From Thalia democratica (Eukaryota): DNA of 64,000 bases. The notes below the pieces were generated by a model. It made no database searches, had not been told where the DNA came from, and worked only from the letters and a program-made list of their open reading frames with translations. Shown piece by piece: positions 52,193 to 64,000 of this stretch. Both the position numbers and the translations under genes were made by a program. The stretch's first letter is position 1; the number at the start of each line of letters is the position of its first letter. The stretch spans positions 64,356,001 to 64,420,000 of the forward strand of contig OZ241826.1 in NCBI GenBank assembly GCA_965202585.1, written 5' to 3'.

Positions 52193-52306
52193 TTTGTTAG
52201 GCAAAACTTTTAATTCTCTAAAATTTTTATTTTCAAATATTTTCAAAATTCCATCATTTGAAGTATTTTGAACTATATAACGTTTTCTGTCAATTGAGAT
52301 CTCTAG
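52193..52306 (-). CDS. Orphan gene internal exon (boundaries approximate)
   Basis: LEISIDRKRYIVQNTSNDGILKIFENKNFRELKVLPNK; acceptor at 52306 or 52302; the phase link to 51832 is unresolved. Confidence 0.5.
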
Positions 52307-52527
52307 CTAAGAAAATGGAGAATATTTTGAATTTTTTTTTCAAATTTTCTTATTTATTTGAAAATTGGGCAAGTTCATGATTATTATAAATAAATAGTAT
52401 TAATAAAAACTATTTAGTTATTAAAATCTTAACTTTTTAGAAAAGTTTCATTTGAGCTAATAAAAAAAAGTGGTTTAGCTGATAAAAAAAAAAGTATAAA
52501 TAAATTACTAACTTAAACTAAAAGTAC

Positions 52528-52555
52528 TTGATGTTCCACTTAGGTCTTCATTTTT
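52528..52555 (-). CDS. Orphan gene micro-exon (28 nt)
   Basis: attttgcag|KNEDLSGTS|gtactt; phase 0 to 1. Confidence 0.45.
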
Positions 52556-52618
52556 CTGCAAAATAGATAAAACTTATTTTTTCTTAAATTATATAAAAAA
52601 TGTATATGTATAAAAAAC

Positions 52619-52704
52619 CTTTTTTATTAGAATAAGGCTGTCATTGATAGTAGAAGGTCTGAGGTCTCTTTTAAACATATATTTCTTCTTTAACTTTTTT
52701 TGAC
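52619..52704 (-). CDS. Orphan gene 5'-most recognisable exon
   Basis: attttag|QKKLKKKYMFKRDLRPSTINDSLILIKK|gt; phase 1 to 0; start-codon exon not established. Confidence 0.45.
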
Positions 52705-52922
52705 CTAAAATTTCATTAAATTTTTTATCTTTCCTAGTGTTCATCAAGACCTTCTTTGTTGATCATTTAAATATACAACAAACTGTTAAATAAATACTAG
52801 GTGTTAACCGAAAAAATTCTACAATTGCACTTTTTTAGTATTACTAATTGTGTGCATGTTAGCTCGAAAAATTAATTTTTTCTATTAAAATTGCTTCATT
52901 TAAAGTCAATTAGACAAGTTTG

Positions 52923-52932
52923 GTCACGTGAC
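52923..52932. promoter_or_regulatory. Palindromic E-box (GTCACGTGAC, USF/TFE-type) in the likely promoter of the orphan gene
   Basis: Perfect 10-bp palindrome in a small CpG-containing patch ~220 bp upstream of the first recognisable exon. Confidence 0.35.
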
Positions 52933-53965
52933 AAATATTAGCCAGACGGCTTCACAATACTATTCAATAAAAAAGCAGTATAACAACGAAAGTTAATCTC
53001 AATTATATGTACAACAAAAAAACGCCAGAGCTTCGTAACTATTTTTTGATCAGTTCAATTTGTTTGGTAAAATATGTTAATTTAAACTAGAGAAAAAAAA
53101 TTTATATTAAACTAACAAAAACTTTAAGCGAATAAACTAAATCAAAAAAATATCTATATAACAACTTAATCACAAAAGCGAATGTAGTAAATAGTTCTTG
53201 TGCTAATTGCTTACTTAAACTTTAACTGGCAAGCTTGTAAGACACTAAAAAGTATTTCATTTCAAATGTGGTGTGTTGGATGTTAAACAACTAGCTAAAA
53301 AACTCAATGTCATAAAAGTTATAAATAAGGCAAGCTTTTAAATGTTGTTCACCAGAAGCAGTTTAGTTAAAAATCACTATTATTAAGCAATTTTACTTAT
53401 TTAGAAATGGTAGCAACATGACATTATACTTAAATTTTTTGATGATTTATTTACAAAATACTTTTAAAAACTTATCATGGAAAAAATCCAAATCACAATG
53501 TCTATTAAACAAAACTATAATACAAATTTTATCTTAACTTAAAATAATAACTAAAGCCATTAAAAAATATTGAATGGAAGATAAAATTGCTTTTAAAAAC
53601 AATAATGCTTTAAGATAATTTTACTTTAAACTACTACAACTGAAACAAGGTAATTTAAGAAATGTAACGTAATGTAAAATTAAGAATTATAATTAATGTT
53701 ATTACATTTTATTAAAACATATTGATAATAGTTGCTAAAAATTATGGTAAACAGACAACAAACTACCAGTCAAAGGTTTTATCATTATTTAAGTTCATAT
53801 TATGTGTATAAATACATTATACTTCTAATGTACTAACTAAATAAACCACAGAGAAAACATTAATTCTAAGTTGTATCACTATGTTAACTCTCTATTTAGT
53901 TCTAAAAACATCAACAAAACTTATATTACAGCTTTTGAATTGGCATTGAAAACTTTTGAGTCAAG

Positions 53966-55030
53966 TCAGTGCTTTTCTCCTACAAAACTACCATTTTGAA
54001 CACATTTATTATCTTCCAAATTTTCACCTTTGAATTTGTTTTCATCTGGCTTTGCAGTAACTTTTGTTTCAGTTGCTAACTTTTCATTTTTAGAAGCAGA
54101 ACAAACCATATCAGCAGCAAAAACATTAGTATTAGGTATAAGACCATACAAATAGCTTGTCAACTTTAGTTCATAGCTGAAATCTTGTGCATCAGTATTT
54201 AGTGGAGCTTTCATTTTCTTGTTGTGCTCATCTTGCTGTGCTCTCCACTTACGCTTTTTTGCCTCATGCTTTTTTTCAAGTTCAATTACATCTTTGCTTA
54301 AGTTATTGCAGTGTTTATTTAATATTTCAACTTGTCTCCGCTTACTATCAAGCTTTGTTGAAGTAACAATACCTTCTCCAGTTGGCACTGTGTTAGTGTC
54401 AGATAAAATGTCACTCATCAAGCGATGACACATGCCAAATCTGTAACCAGAGGCTTGCTTTACAGAATAGTCCATTTCACCACTTTCGTCAACTAATGCT
54501 TCAAGAAAAATACTGCCAGTTGTATTTTCTCGTTTTAACTGTTTATCATACATGTCATCAGTATCTACACGCCCCCTTCCTCTTCCATAACCCTGGAATG
54601 AATTGGAAGACTGATATATTTTTAATACTTCATGGTATGCTTTTTTCTCATTTTCATATTCATCCTTATAAACTTGTTTATCCTTTTCTGGAAGGTCTTG
54701 CCACATATTAGTAATAACTTTGGTTATTTCAGAATTTCTCAACTCTGGAAAGCGCTCTCTAACATTTTCAACTATCCTATGGTGATACTTTATATTTGGC
54801 AAATGAGGTTTTTCAGGAGCTCTTACAGGTTTAGAAATGACACCAGAATCATAGTTGTTATTTTTCATTGAACTTGCATAGCCTATTTTTGTTTTGTTGA
54901 AAGCTAAATGGTTTGCTTGCTTGTTAATATAATTCCCAATTGAGGAACTATAACTATTCAACAAATTTTTTTGAGTAGCAGCAGGGCTATTATCAATAGT
55001 ACTGTTTAAACCTCTTGTTTTCCTAGACAT
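53966..55030 (-). CDS. Intronless, divergent SMARCE1/BAF57-like HMG-box protein (354 aa)
   Basis: HLAFN motif, HMG box (PEKPHLP...PELRNSEITKVITNMWQDL...YENEKKAY), YRFGMCHRLMSDILSD (NHRLI-domain equivalent) and coiled coil KRRQVEIL...LEKKHEAKKRKW are colinear with BAF57 as recalled. Orthology not established, so no symbol given. Confidence 0.88.
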   Translation of the reverse strand: MSRKTRGLNSTIDNSPAATQKNLLNSYSSSIGNYINKQANHLAFNKTKIGYASSMKNNNYDSGVISKPVRAPEKPHLPNIKYHHRIVENVRERFPELRNSEITKVITNMWQDLPEKDKQVYKDEYENEKKAYHEVLKIYQSSNSFQGYGRGRGRVDTDDMYDKQLKRENTTGSIFLEALVDESGEMDYSVKQASGYRFGMCHRLMSDILSDTNTVPTGEGIVTSTKLDSKRRQVEILNKHCNNLSKDVIELEKKHEAKKRKWRAQQDEHNKKMKAPLNTDAQDFSYELKLTSYLYGLIPNTNVFAADMVCSASKNEKLATETKVTAKPDENKFKGENLEDNKCVQNGSFVGEKH

Positions 55031-55402
55031 TTTTCTTTTAATTTTTTTTAATACCTATAGAAAGATTTTTACATTATTATCTAAACCATAATGTATCAAT
55101 AAAAATTTATTTAAATATCTTTATACATTTTTTTTTTGTTTTTACAACTTATTTAAAATAAAATGAAACTTTAGTTTGAGTTTATCAAAATAGGAGATAT
55201 CTTTTTACAAAATAAAATATAGCATTGTCAATTGAAATAATTTTGTACATGTTTCAACAAAAGTGTAAAATAGCACTATGTAAACTAAATAATGTTTTAT
55301 TTTAAATATGATTTGTTTCTTTTTTAAAATAGGTGTTCATCATTTAACTATTAAATTAATAAAATCCATTGTCCACAATTATGAACAACAATTTTATTTT
55401 AG

Positions 55403-56560
55403 CAGGGTTGCCAATCTTAGAGTCAAAAAAAGTACACTGAGTGACTAAAAACTGTCTTAAGTCATGATAAGTTTTTTTAAATCTAACAAAGACTTGAATA
55501 ATTACTTCTTAACTTAAAAAAACCTTTAAAATTAATAAGATCAAGTTTTGAATATTATTATTATTATTGCAAGTTTATTGCCAATATGATGGACCTAGGC
55601 ATCAAAACCTAGGCCACTTAAAGAGAAAGACACATAACAAAATAAATCTGAAATAAAAATAAAACAAAAAGTTCATTGTTTAAAACAAAGATAAAAACAT
55701 TTTTTAATATAATATATATAATATTATATTATAACATAAAAAGCTATTTTTTAACCACAAACTTAAACTTATTTACGTTTTGATGTAGAACAATCAATTG
55801 TGAAACATTTAAATGCATTGACTAACAACAAAAATAAAAACCTTAAGCCCCAAGCACATTAAAAATAGACTGGCCAGATAAATGATCATTTAACATATTG
55901 AAAAAGGACTCATCATTAATGATTAAAAGAAGAAAGGCGCTGCTTTAAAAATTGAACTATAGACTAAGTTAAACCTCAAAATTAAATCAATGGCTGATAA
56001 AAATTACTAATTAATATTCCTAAAAAACATTTTATTTATATCTAACTTGTTTAACTTTAATTAAAATTTTCAATTTTTTTGCAAGAAACTAATTCATTTG
56101 GAAGTTTGTTCTTTATTTGAACTGACCAATAAAAAAATGAACAAAATTGGTTATAAAATATCAAAATATTGAAACAGGAACAACTAAATTTCATTCAAAA
56201 TCTGGAAAAAAACAGAACTGAGGCTTTAAAAACTTCTTAAAACTATCCTGAGTTTTATCCAAGGTTGTCTAAGGTTTTTTGAAATTATTTTTCTGAGTTT
56301 TCTAAATTTCTTCTAGGTTTTTGAACTTAAAAATGTAAGAAACAGTTTGAAATTTCATCACTTTAAATGTAAAAATTTTCAAAAATACCTGGTTTTTTTA
56401 TCTAAATTGTCAAATTCTAAGTTTTTCCAGGATTCCAGGTTTTTTGGCAGCCCTGTTTTTTATTTTTGAAAATCAATCTAGTCTGAGATAGCCTGAGTCA
56501 TCCTGAGATTTTCATAAACTTCAAACTGTCCTGAGTTATTCTGAGTGTGTGGCATCCCTG
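55403..56560. mobile_element. CAGGGTTGCCA/TGGCATCCCTG-terminated element with a nested relative at 56260-56455
   Basis: Inverted termini, ttttag on both flanks, internal ctgagt repeats; inner element CAAGGTTGTC...GGCAGCCCTG. Confidence 0.55.
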
Positions 56561-57631
56561 TTTTAGTATTTAGTTCAGGTATTTAGTAGTTTTTAAAAGT
56601 TATTCAATAGAACTTGATTAAAATTTAAGGTTTTTACAGGGCTTTTGCATTAACTTTTAAATTCCAAGTTTTCAAAGATTCAAAGTTAAATTACCAGGCT
56701 GATTGTCTTATTTAAGGACCAAAATAAACAATAATACTAAAATAGATACATATTTTTACTTTTCTTATAAAATTAAAATGTATTAACTTTTGAGATATAG
56801 TCCATAAAGTTAAAAGCTTAAGGTACATACATAAAAAAATACTGTCAATTTTATTTGAATTTTGAAAAATTTGCAGAAATTCACCTTTTTCTTTTTCACT
56901 TTTAAGCAGCTAAACACGAAATTTCACAAAAATTTCCTTAAAAAAAAGTTGTATTGAAATAACTCAAAAAAAAAAGAGCATTTTATGAGCTCTTTTTTAC
57001 TTTTCAACAAAACTTTGATTTATACTCAAAACTTGAAAACAAAATGCAATACAACTTTTTAATTAGTATAACCTTAGACTAAAAACAAATTATTAAAAAC
57101 TGTAGAAGATAGTTTTGTAGTAAAATGTTTTTTTTTTGTTACTTTTAAACTTGCTCATGTTCTAAGGAACTTATTAAAAAAAACTCTCTGAGTAATAAAT
57201 AAGCCAGCATAGGTGATAAAAAACTAGCCTGAACTACACCTTACTAGCTTGAGAACAAAAAAGTTAAAAAATAATTAATATGAGTCAAAATCTGAAAATA
57301 AAACTGTTAATTAAGTTAACTACTTAAAATATAAAAACAATAACAAAAGGGCTTAATAAAAACATAATTATTAAGAAAAAAATAAAGTAAAAATAACTAG
57401 TCTGATTTTTAAGAAATTATCAAAACTAGCATGAATTTTTCAAAAAAGTTTAAAACTTCTTGAGTTACTCAAAATTTTCAAACTATCTGAGTTACTTTGG
57501 GTAGCTTGAGTATGTACAAATCTGTCATTGAATTTATACAAAGTTCAATTTCAGAGATATAATTGAGGGAAAGCCATGGATAAATAGCAATAACATAAGG
57601 AAAGTTATCAAAAAAAATTCAAACTATTTAA

Positions 57632-57745
57632 ACTATTTATTGTACTACAAAAAAGCTCTCAAAATATTTGGTCCTAGGACCTGGGGTACAAAAAATCCTT
57701 TTGGTTATCAAGTCGCACACCACAGATACCTTTTAACGTCTTGTC
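57632..57745 (-). mobile_element. MITE family R1 arm
   Basis: tttggtcctaggacctggggtacaaaaaatccttttggttatcaagtcgcacaccacagatacc, as at 22975-23040. Confidence 0.7.
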
Positions 57746-57838
57746 CAGGACTAAAACAGTTTGTTAGACACTGTTAGTGAACAACAATATTAAGCTAATA
57801 TTCATTCTTTTCTTTAACTTGATTTTAACTCTCATTTT

Positions 57839-58152
57839 CAAGGTTGCCAAGGGTTTTATGTAAATTTCTTTAAGGTTTTCAGAGGTTCTTCTTGTTTTTT
57901 AAATAACTAGTTTTTTGGTCCATTTTTAGTATATAATTGAACTTAAATTAAAAAACTATCTCAAATAGTATAACTACATTAAAATTATTTTAAAACTACT
58001 TTAAATGTGTTTTTTAGTGAAAAAAACTTTTTGATACAAAAAAAATTTTTGTGATATTTAATTGTTTAAAATTCCAGGTTGTTTTTAGGTTTTTTAGCCT
58101 ATCTTGTCAAATTCCATATTTTTCAAGGATTCCAGGACTAGTGGCCACCTTG
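57839..58152. mobile_element. Short copy of the CAGGGTTGCC-terminated element
   Basis: CAAGGTTGCCA...TGGCCACCTTG; interior colinear with 45232-45435 plus 46188-46395. Confidence 0.65.
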
Positions 58153-59479
58153 TTTAAATGTTTCAACAGTTTAAAATGTCTAGTTTTTCTAGGTTTTTCA
58201 GTGATTTTGTTTGAAATTCCAGGTTTTACTCAAAGTTTCTCAAATTCCAGATTTTTTTATCTAAATTGATAAACTCTAGGTTCTTGTGCATTCCTGCATA
58301 CTTGATATTATTTTAAATCTTTCATTATGGTTATGAAATTTATTTCTATAAAATATATTTCTTACAGTCTTTTTGCCTAATTTATATAGCATATAGCATA
58401 TAATGAAAACTACATGCTATAGACAATAAAGTATCTAAAAACAAAGCATCAATTATGGTCAAATTCAAACTTTTATGAAAGATTTTAAAAGTTAATATAA
58501 TAGTACTGTGGTCAATAAAATGCTAGTAAATGAAAAAAACATTGTCAAGTACAAGTGAAATATAAAAATAAGAACAAATTTTTTTTTTAATGGATACCTA
58601 AGCAACAACACTAAGCTAGCTAAGTAGTGTAGAGAGGAATCTGATTTATTATAAACAAAATTGTAAGTAAGATAATATTTGGAAACTTTTTTATTCCAAT
58701 AATTCACCTACAACAATTTTTTTATGGTAAAAAAGTCTCACTCTTCTTTCTTCAAAAATAAACACTTTTTTCACCAGTCAGCTGTATTAATAACATAGGT
58801 TTGTTATAAATGTATTAAACTTACAAAATAAATAAACATTTTTATGCTAATTTATTTTTTTAATTTTGAAATATTGTACTGGTTCTTATTTAGTTTTAGT
58901 ATAGTAAAATATTCAAAATAATTGGATAAAACCAAGACTGGAACACAGATGCTTAAACCCATTTTGTTAAACTGGCCCAAGCACAAGTTAAGTGTTGCAT
59001 AATACTGTTAGAAGCTTCTATAAACCTAGTAAAAATTTATAGGTTTATGTAAAGAAAATATTTTTTTATATACGTTTTTACAGACATTCAATCTTCTGAT
59101 GTTTTAGAAAATTTCAAACACTCGTTAAAAAATGTGTTTAGAATGGGTTTCGATGTTATAATTTACAATACTTTAGTTCTCGTAGTCATTTTAGAACTCC
59201 TACATCACCATTCACCATACCTTTAAAAAAGTTTTATTTTCGTAAATGTTATAAAAAATCTATCTTTAAAGCATTAAAAGAAATTATTAAAAGCATTAAG
59301 AGAAAAATTATATAGCATTTTTATTATGTAATCAGTTTAATAAGAACTTGATCAGGCGCATATAAAAAACAGTCGTGGTGCAAAGAATATGTGTCATGTT
59401 TAATTTTTTCTAAATCTAGTAGCTGTTATAAAATGTCTAAATGTTATAAAAAACCACCCTTAGAGATTTAATTTTTTTA

Positions 59480-60215
59480 AATGTCGCAATCACATTGACT
59501 CTATTCTATTTCAAAAAAGGAAAGGTGTCAGTTCACATTTGAAAAGTTTTCAGAATGAGAACCGCTGTTGTATGCACGAAAATGTGAACTTCATGTTTTA
59601 TGACGACTGTAAAAAGACTAAAAAATTTAAAAGAAGTATAGATGGATTCAAGTTCGATCAGTCATGTACAGTTTCTACTCTTCAATTCAAACAAAACTTT
59701 TTAGAAAGAAGCGGCAGATGTAAGCTTAGTTTTACTAAAACAACATTCTCAAGTGAAAATAAATATTTTCTGACGTCGTTGGCCTTAATTAATATGCTTC
59801 TTTTCTGTTTTTGGGGAAGCTTCATATACTGAGGGGATGCTTAACAAGTGAATCAAATGCATTTTCCTCAAACGACTGCTGCGTCAACGATCCTGAAAAA
59901 AAAATTGGTAAGATGTCTAGCATGAATAGAAACAGAAGCCTTCTTTCGTGGGTGATCTTGATGGAAAGATCATTGTTACAGGGTTACAGGAGGCGTCATG
60001 ACTCATGAGCACAATAAATTATGTTGAAATGTACGACAGCTAAGTGGACCAGTTGAAGACCTGATTTGTTGGAAGCAAGATGGGGTCACAGATCTTTGGT
60101 GTTTAGCAACAAAATTTTTGTAGTAGGCGGGCTTGACATGCAAAGCTGTGAAGGATTCGACAAGATTTCAAATAAGCTCACCCGTACTAAGCATTACCAC
60201 TCTCAGCTGATTATA
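59480..60215 (+). pseudogene. Kelch-repeat pseudogene, apparently intronless
   Basis: Pieces in different frames: GKLHILRG...MSSMNRNRS; FVGDLDGKIIVTG(G); STINYVEMYD; KWTS*RPDLLEARWGHRSLVFSNKIFVVGGLDMQSCEGFD. Stops, frameshifts and an 8-bp tandem duplication gttacagg x2. Confidence 0.75.
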
Positions 60216-61444
60216 ACAACGTTAATTAGGTTGAGAATTTTCTTGTATCCAAAGTGAAATTGTAATCAAATTTTACAGTATTAGTAATTCATACAAAAAA
60301 ACAATATTAAATATTTTGGCTTTAGTGTTTGTTGATAAGTTCAAAATAGCTAAAACAGATTAATTATACATAAGAGTTAGAATGCATTCATAAAATTTTA
60401 TTTAATTTATATGTAACTTATTCGTTCTCACTATCTGTTAGCAAAACATTTGCTTTTTTGAACTCAAAATTTAACTTTAACTTGTATATTTAATTGATAA
60501 CATTTTATCAGCACATAAAATCAGATCTAAAATTTAATACTTCATAGCATTCATGAAGTAACTGAATTCTATTTCGGATTTAGATCTCAAAATTTGTTGG
60601 TTTTAATAGTTGTGTATATTAAAATAAATTTCTAACAGTTTACCTATTTTTATTTTATAAAACCATTTAAATTTGAAAATATTCAAAGTAATCTTTGACA
60701 TTTTTTTATTTGCATTTGGTAATATAATATAATTTGGTAAGAAATTCTAAACTAATTTCAATAAATTAAAATTTTTTAAAGTTACTTAAGTAAGTAATTT
60801 AACGGAAGTTGTAAAAATTATTTATCACTAAAACTTTATTTAAAATTTTTACTGAAAATACAGTTTACAAGATGTTAAAGTAAATAAAAAAGACTTTTTG
60901 TACTTTAAAATAGGTAAAAAAAACGTTATAGTTTAAGAAATTTATTAATGGGTGTTAACTTCCGTTTTGTGAAGATTAAACTGTATACAAATTAATATAA
61001 ACAATGATGTTTTTATTTTATTAAGAAAAAGTTAACCTAGCGCTATTTTGAAAAGACTTTTTTTAGATTATTGATTTCGATTTCCCACAGCAAATTCTAA
61101 TTACTTGGTATGTTTCAAAATTTATTGATTAATAACATTTCACTATAGTTTTGTTAATATATCTTCAAAAATTAAAAAAGAAGTAGTCTGAATAGTTTTA
61201 TTTTTCACAATATACTATTACTTCCATAAACATTTATTTTTAAAAGTTACTAGGTTGTTGAATACAGTAAGTTTTCTTTACAGTACGCACTTCTTAACTT
61301 ATTTTAGTGAACATTACCTGTTAGTACGCAATAAATACATAATAAAAACCACTAGTGTAGATCAAAGAATCTCGAGATTTTTTTTTTTCAAACGTATAAA
61401 AATCAAAAAGAAAAAATTTTCATCTAAAATACTTGAGTTCAATT

Positions 61445-61773
61445 CAGGGGTGGCAAACTGCAACTCGTGCGTTGTAGACTTTTCGGTTAAAAGTACACTT
61501 TTTAAAGCAATATTATAAAAACTAAGCAAAATCTCACAATTAGGCTCTTAAAATAGTGTTAACTAGCTATTAGTGATTAACTGTTGATCTTTTTAATATA
61601 CTTTCTATTTAAAAAATATTTCTACGCAGATTACTACAAATATTTTAATTAACTATGGCTCGCGAGCAATTTTTTCTACAAACATTGGCACGTGATTTTT
61701 AAAATTCTACCGATCAGTGGTGTCACGTGGTAAACTTTTTGGTAGTGCAGAAAATCGGTAGTACCGACCCTTG
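61445..61773. mobile_element. hAT/Charlie-like MITE
   Basis: Starts CAGGGGTGGCAAACTGCAACTCG, contains ggctcgcgagc, ends accgacccttg. Confidence 0.5.
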
Positions 61774-61781
61774 TTTTAACT

Positions 61782-62348
61782 TAGAGGTCAGCAAACTGCA
61801 GCCTGCGAGCATACTTTTATTTTAATTGGGATACGGCCAATTAAGGTAAAACTGCGGACCGCGAACATGCAAATTTGATCCGCGAAAAAAAAACTTTGAA
61901 ATTCACTCTTGGTACATGGGTTTTGAAATGGGTGCTTGATTGTTCAAATTGTTACAATTCAAATTCCGACAACTCAAGTTTTAGAAGTTTAGAGATGTTG
62001 TTTTTTTTTTTTTTATATTATACTATAAATTGTATAAAAATAATTATTTTTTTTTACCATAGTCTTATTAATATGAGCTACATGAGTATGTTTTATTTTC
62101 TTAAAATTTAAACTACTTTTCATTATCCCTTAAACTGATTTTAAAAAGTTTGAATTATCGGAATTTGAAAGGTCAGAATATAAATTACCATGTAATTATT
62201 TGAAAAACGATTAAAAAAAAGTTTTAGGTATAACTCAAAAAAAAATCAAAGTTACAGTAGATATTTTGGGTCCGATGCGAAAAGTAAAAACTAATACTAG
62301 AACAGTGGCCCGTGAACATTTTTATTTTCAAAATTTCACCAGTCCCTG
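61782..62348. mobile_element. hAT/Charlie-like MITE with perfect 8-bp TSD
   Basis: TAGAGGTCAGCAAACTGCAGCC...GTGGCCCGTG...CAGTCCCTG flanked by TTTTAACT at 61774-61781 and 62349-62356. Confidence 0.8.
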
Positions 62349-62847
62349 TTTTAACTAATAATATTTATGATCACATAAAGTTTAGAAGTTTATAAGAAAT
62401 GTTAAATAAAAACAAGCTACAGTTTTGTTCAAATTTTTTTTTAATGATAAAAATATACTTTTGAGGACTAAAAACCTACTTTATTTATAAATTTTTTATT
62501 TTTCTAGTTTAATTAAGTATTTAAAAAAAAAACGAAATAAAAAAACCGAAAATTCTCAAGAATTTACAAATTCAATAAGTTTAAAGAAATTTCAAATTTT
62601 GGTCTAATGACCTGGATTTAAAAAAAGGCCTCTTGGTCATCGAACTGTACACCACACCGTTAAACCATATTTATAAAGAGTAAAACAATGAAAACAAAAA
62701 TTAAAATAAAAAACCAAGAAGTATATAGGGCAAAAATATTAACTTATATCTATACTACTATATTAATAAAACATTTCTTAAAAACTTGTTTAAAATATTA
62801 TAAGAAAAAGCGTAGGAGCTGAAAGTAGTTAATAAATCAATAGATGA

Positions 62848-63190
62848 AGTCTACCGAGAGAGAAACAAGCTAATGTTAACATATAGGTTCGATCATACCA
62901 ATTCGATCTTTATACCACAAGCCATAGGTAGATTGAGCCCGGGTTTCGTTCTTATTGAAACTTTTCAGTCAGCCGCAACCGAAAAACTTGCAGTATTCAA
63001 TATAAAAGCAGATTACGATAAACCGTCGGTATATTGACGACTGCAAGTTTTGTAGTTGCGGCGTTTATTAAAAACGAAACCTTGGACTCAGTCTACCGAA
63101 GGCTTGTGGTCTGATGATCCATTTAGTATGATCAAAAATTTATGCTAACTTGAGCTTGTCTCACGGCATACGAATGTCCAGGCGTAGACT
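62848..63190. mobile_element. Long-TIR foldback MITE
   Basis: 62891-62995 is the reverse complement of 63040-63133; homology extends patchily to ~62848/63190. Confidence 0.75.
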
Positions 63191-64000
63191 CTGTAGAGTC
63201 TACAGATTCTAGAGAGTGTTCTAGATTCTAGAGAGTGTGATAAGCTTAGAAATAGGAAAAGATCAAAACAAAACATAATAAAGCATTGTTACAATTATCG
63301 CTTAAACAAAAAAAATGGTATACTGAATTATTAATACATGAGATTAAATTATTTTTATCTAAATTTTTATTGAAATTTTAACATAAAAAAATAACAATAA
63401 AATGAATGCTAAAGTTAAAAATGAGTGGGAATACAAATATTTGTTAGTTTTGAAAAAGACAAAATATGAAAATTGTAAGTACAGTAGAAACAGCTACAAA
63501 AAAACAAAAAAAGTTAAAAAACTAAACTGATGTTTTTTTTAATTATTTTGTCTCTAAATTCTAATCAGCTATGATTTTAGTTTGTATATTTGTATATATA
63601 TAAGTCTTTTTTTTCAAATAGTTTAATACCAACTAAAAAAGCAAAGCTGATAGTAAAAAAGGTTATCGTACAAGACCTGACCTTTACTAAAGATATTGTA
63701 CTAAAAGCTCACTTCGTCAGAAATCTGCAGACAGTTAGGATTTACTTTTACTATAAAATAACTTATACTTATAAAATAACTATTTTAATCCATATAATTA
63801 TAAGCTGGCAGGACAAGATTATTAATCAAAACTTTTTAGGTTTTTTTGATTCTGTACTTTATACATTACAGCTTGGTCACCTTCTGAGATTGAGCCACTA
63901 GCGTATCTAAATTGTTTTTTTTTTTCAAATGTTGTTTGGAAACTTACTATAAGTCAACAACAAAGATGTTTGCAAGTAAAAACTAAAAAGCTGAAAGGTA

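Noticed and set aside
54219-54871. Three plus-strand ORFs
   Set aside because: Antisense shadows of the SMARCE1-like CDS.
58051-58269. 72-aa ORF with repeated IPG
   Set aside because: Translation of the ttccagg repeats of a non-autonomous transposon.
63111-63120. CTGATGATCC (also at 38110) as a hammerhead core or snoRNA box
   Set aside because: Lies in a MITE arm; no stem II/GAAA, and no box C/D pairing seen.
1-64000. CRISPR arrays, tRNA/rRNA genes, prokaryotic operons or horizontally acquired bacterial genes
   Set aside because: No regularly spaced repeat-spacer arrays, cloverleafs or gene-dense GC-shifted segments; the content is uniformly eukaryotic.

Overview
Very AT-rich (roughly three-quarters A+T by eye), intron-rich animal genomic DNA; the host is probably an invertebrate (tunicate-like, but the taxon cannot be fixed from the sequence). 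No prokaryotic features, CRISPR arrays, rRNA or tRNA were seen. Genes reconstructed by hand from splice sites and reading-frame phase: (1) a complete 11-exon SLC22 (OCTN/OAT-like) transporter, + strand, 16029-28681, about 607 aa; (2) a Ly6/uPAR three-finger protein with a true transmembrane helix and cytoplasmic tail, + strand, about 34113-38917, signal-peptide exon not found; (3) an unrecognised multi-exon Ser/Lys-rich gene, - strand, about 52704-42750; (4) an intronless, strongly diverged SMARCE1/BAF57-like HMG-box ORF, - strand, 55030-53966; (5) a kelch-repeat pseudogene near 59.5-60.2 kb; (6) a probable terminal exon of a - strand gene at 1360-1111. Mobile DNA: three fragments of a Penelope-like retroelement (RT C-terminus and GIY-YIG endonuclease) in alternating orientation at 12.3-14.8 kb, plus many MITE and hAT-like non-autonomous elements, several nested. 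The most notable signal is five minimal type-I hammerhead ribozyme motifs with covarying stems and palindromic stem III (9.15, 14.63, 14.85 and 2 x 35.8 kb). Two of them form a head-to-head foldback element inside an intron.
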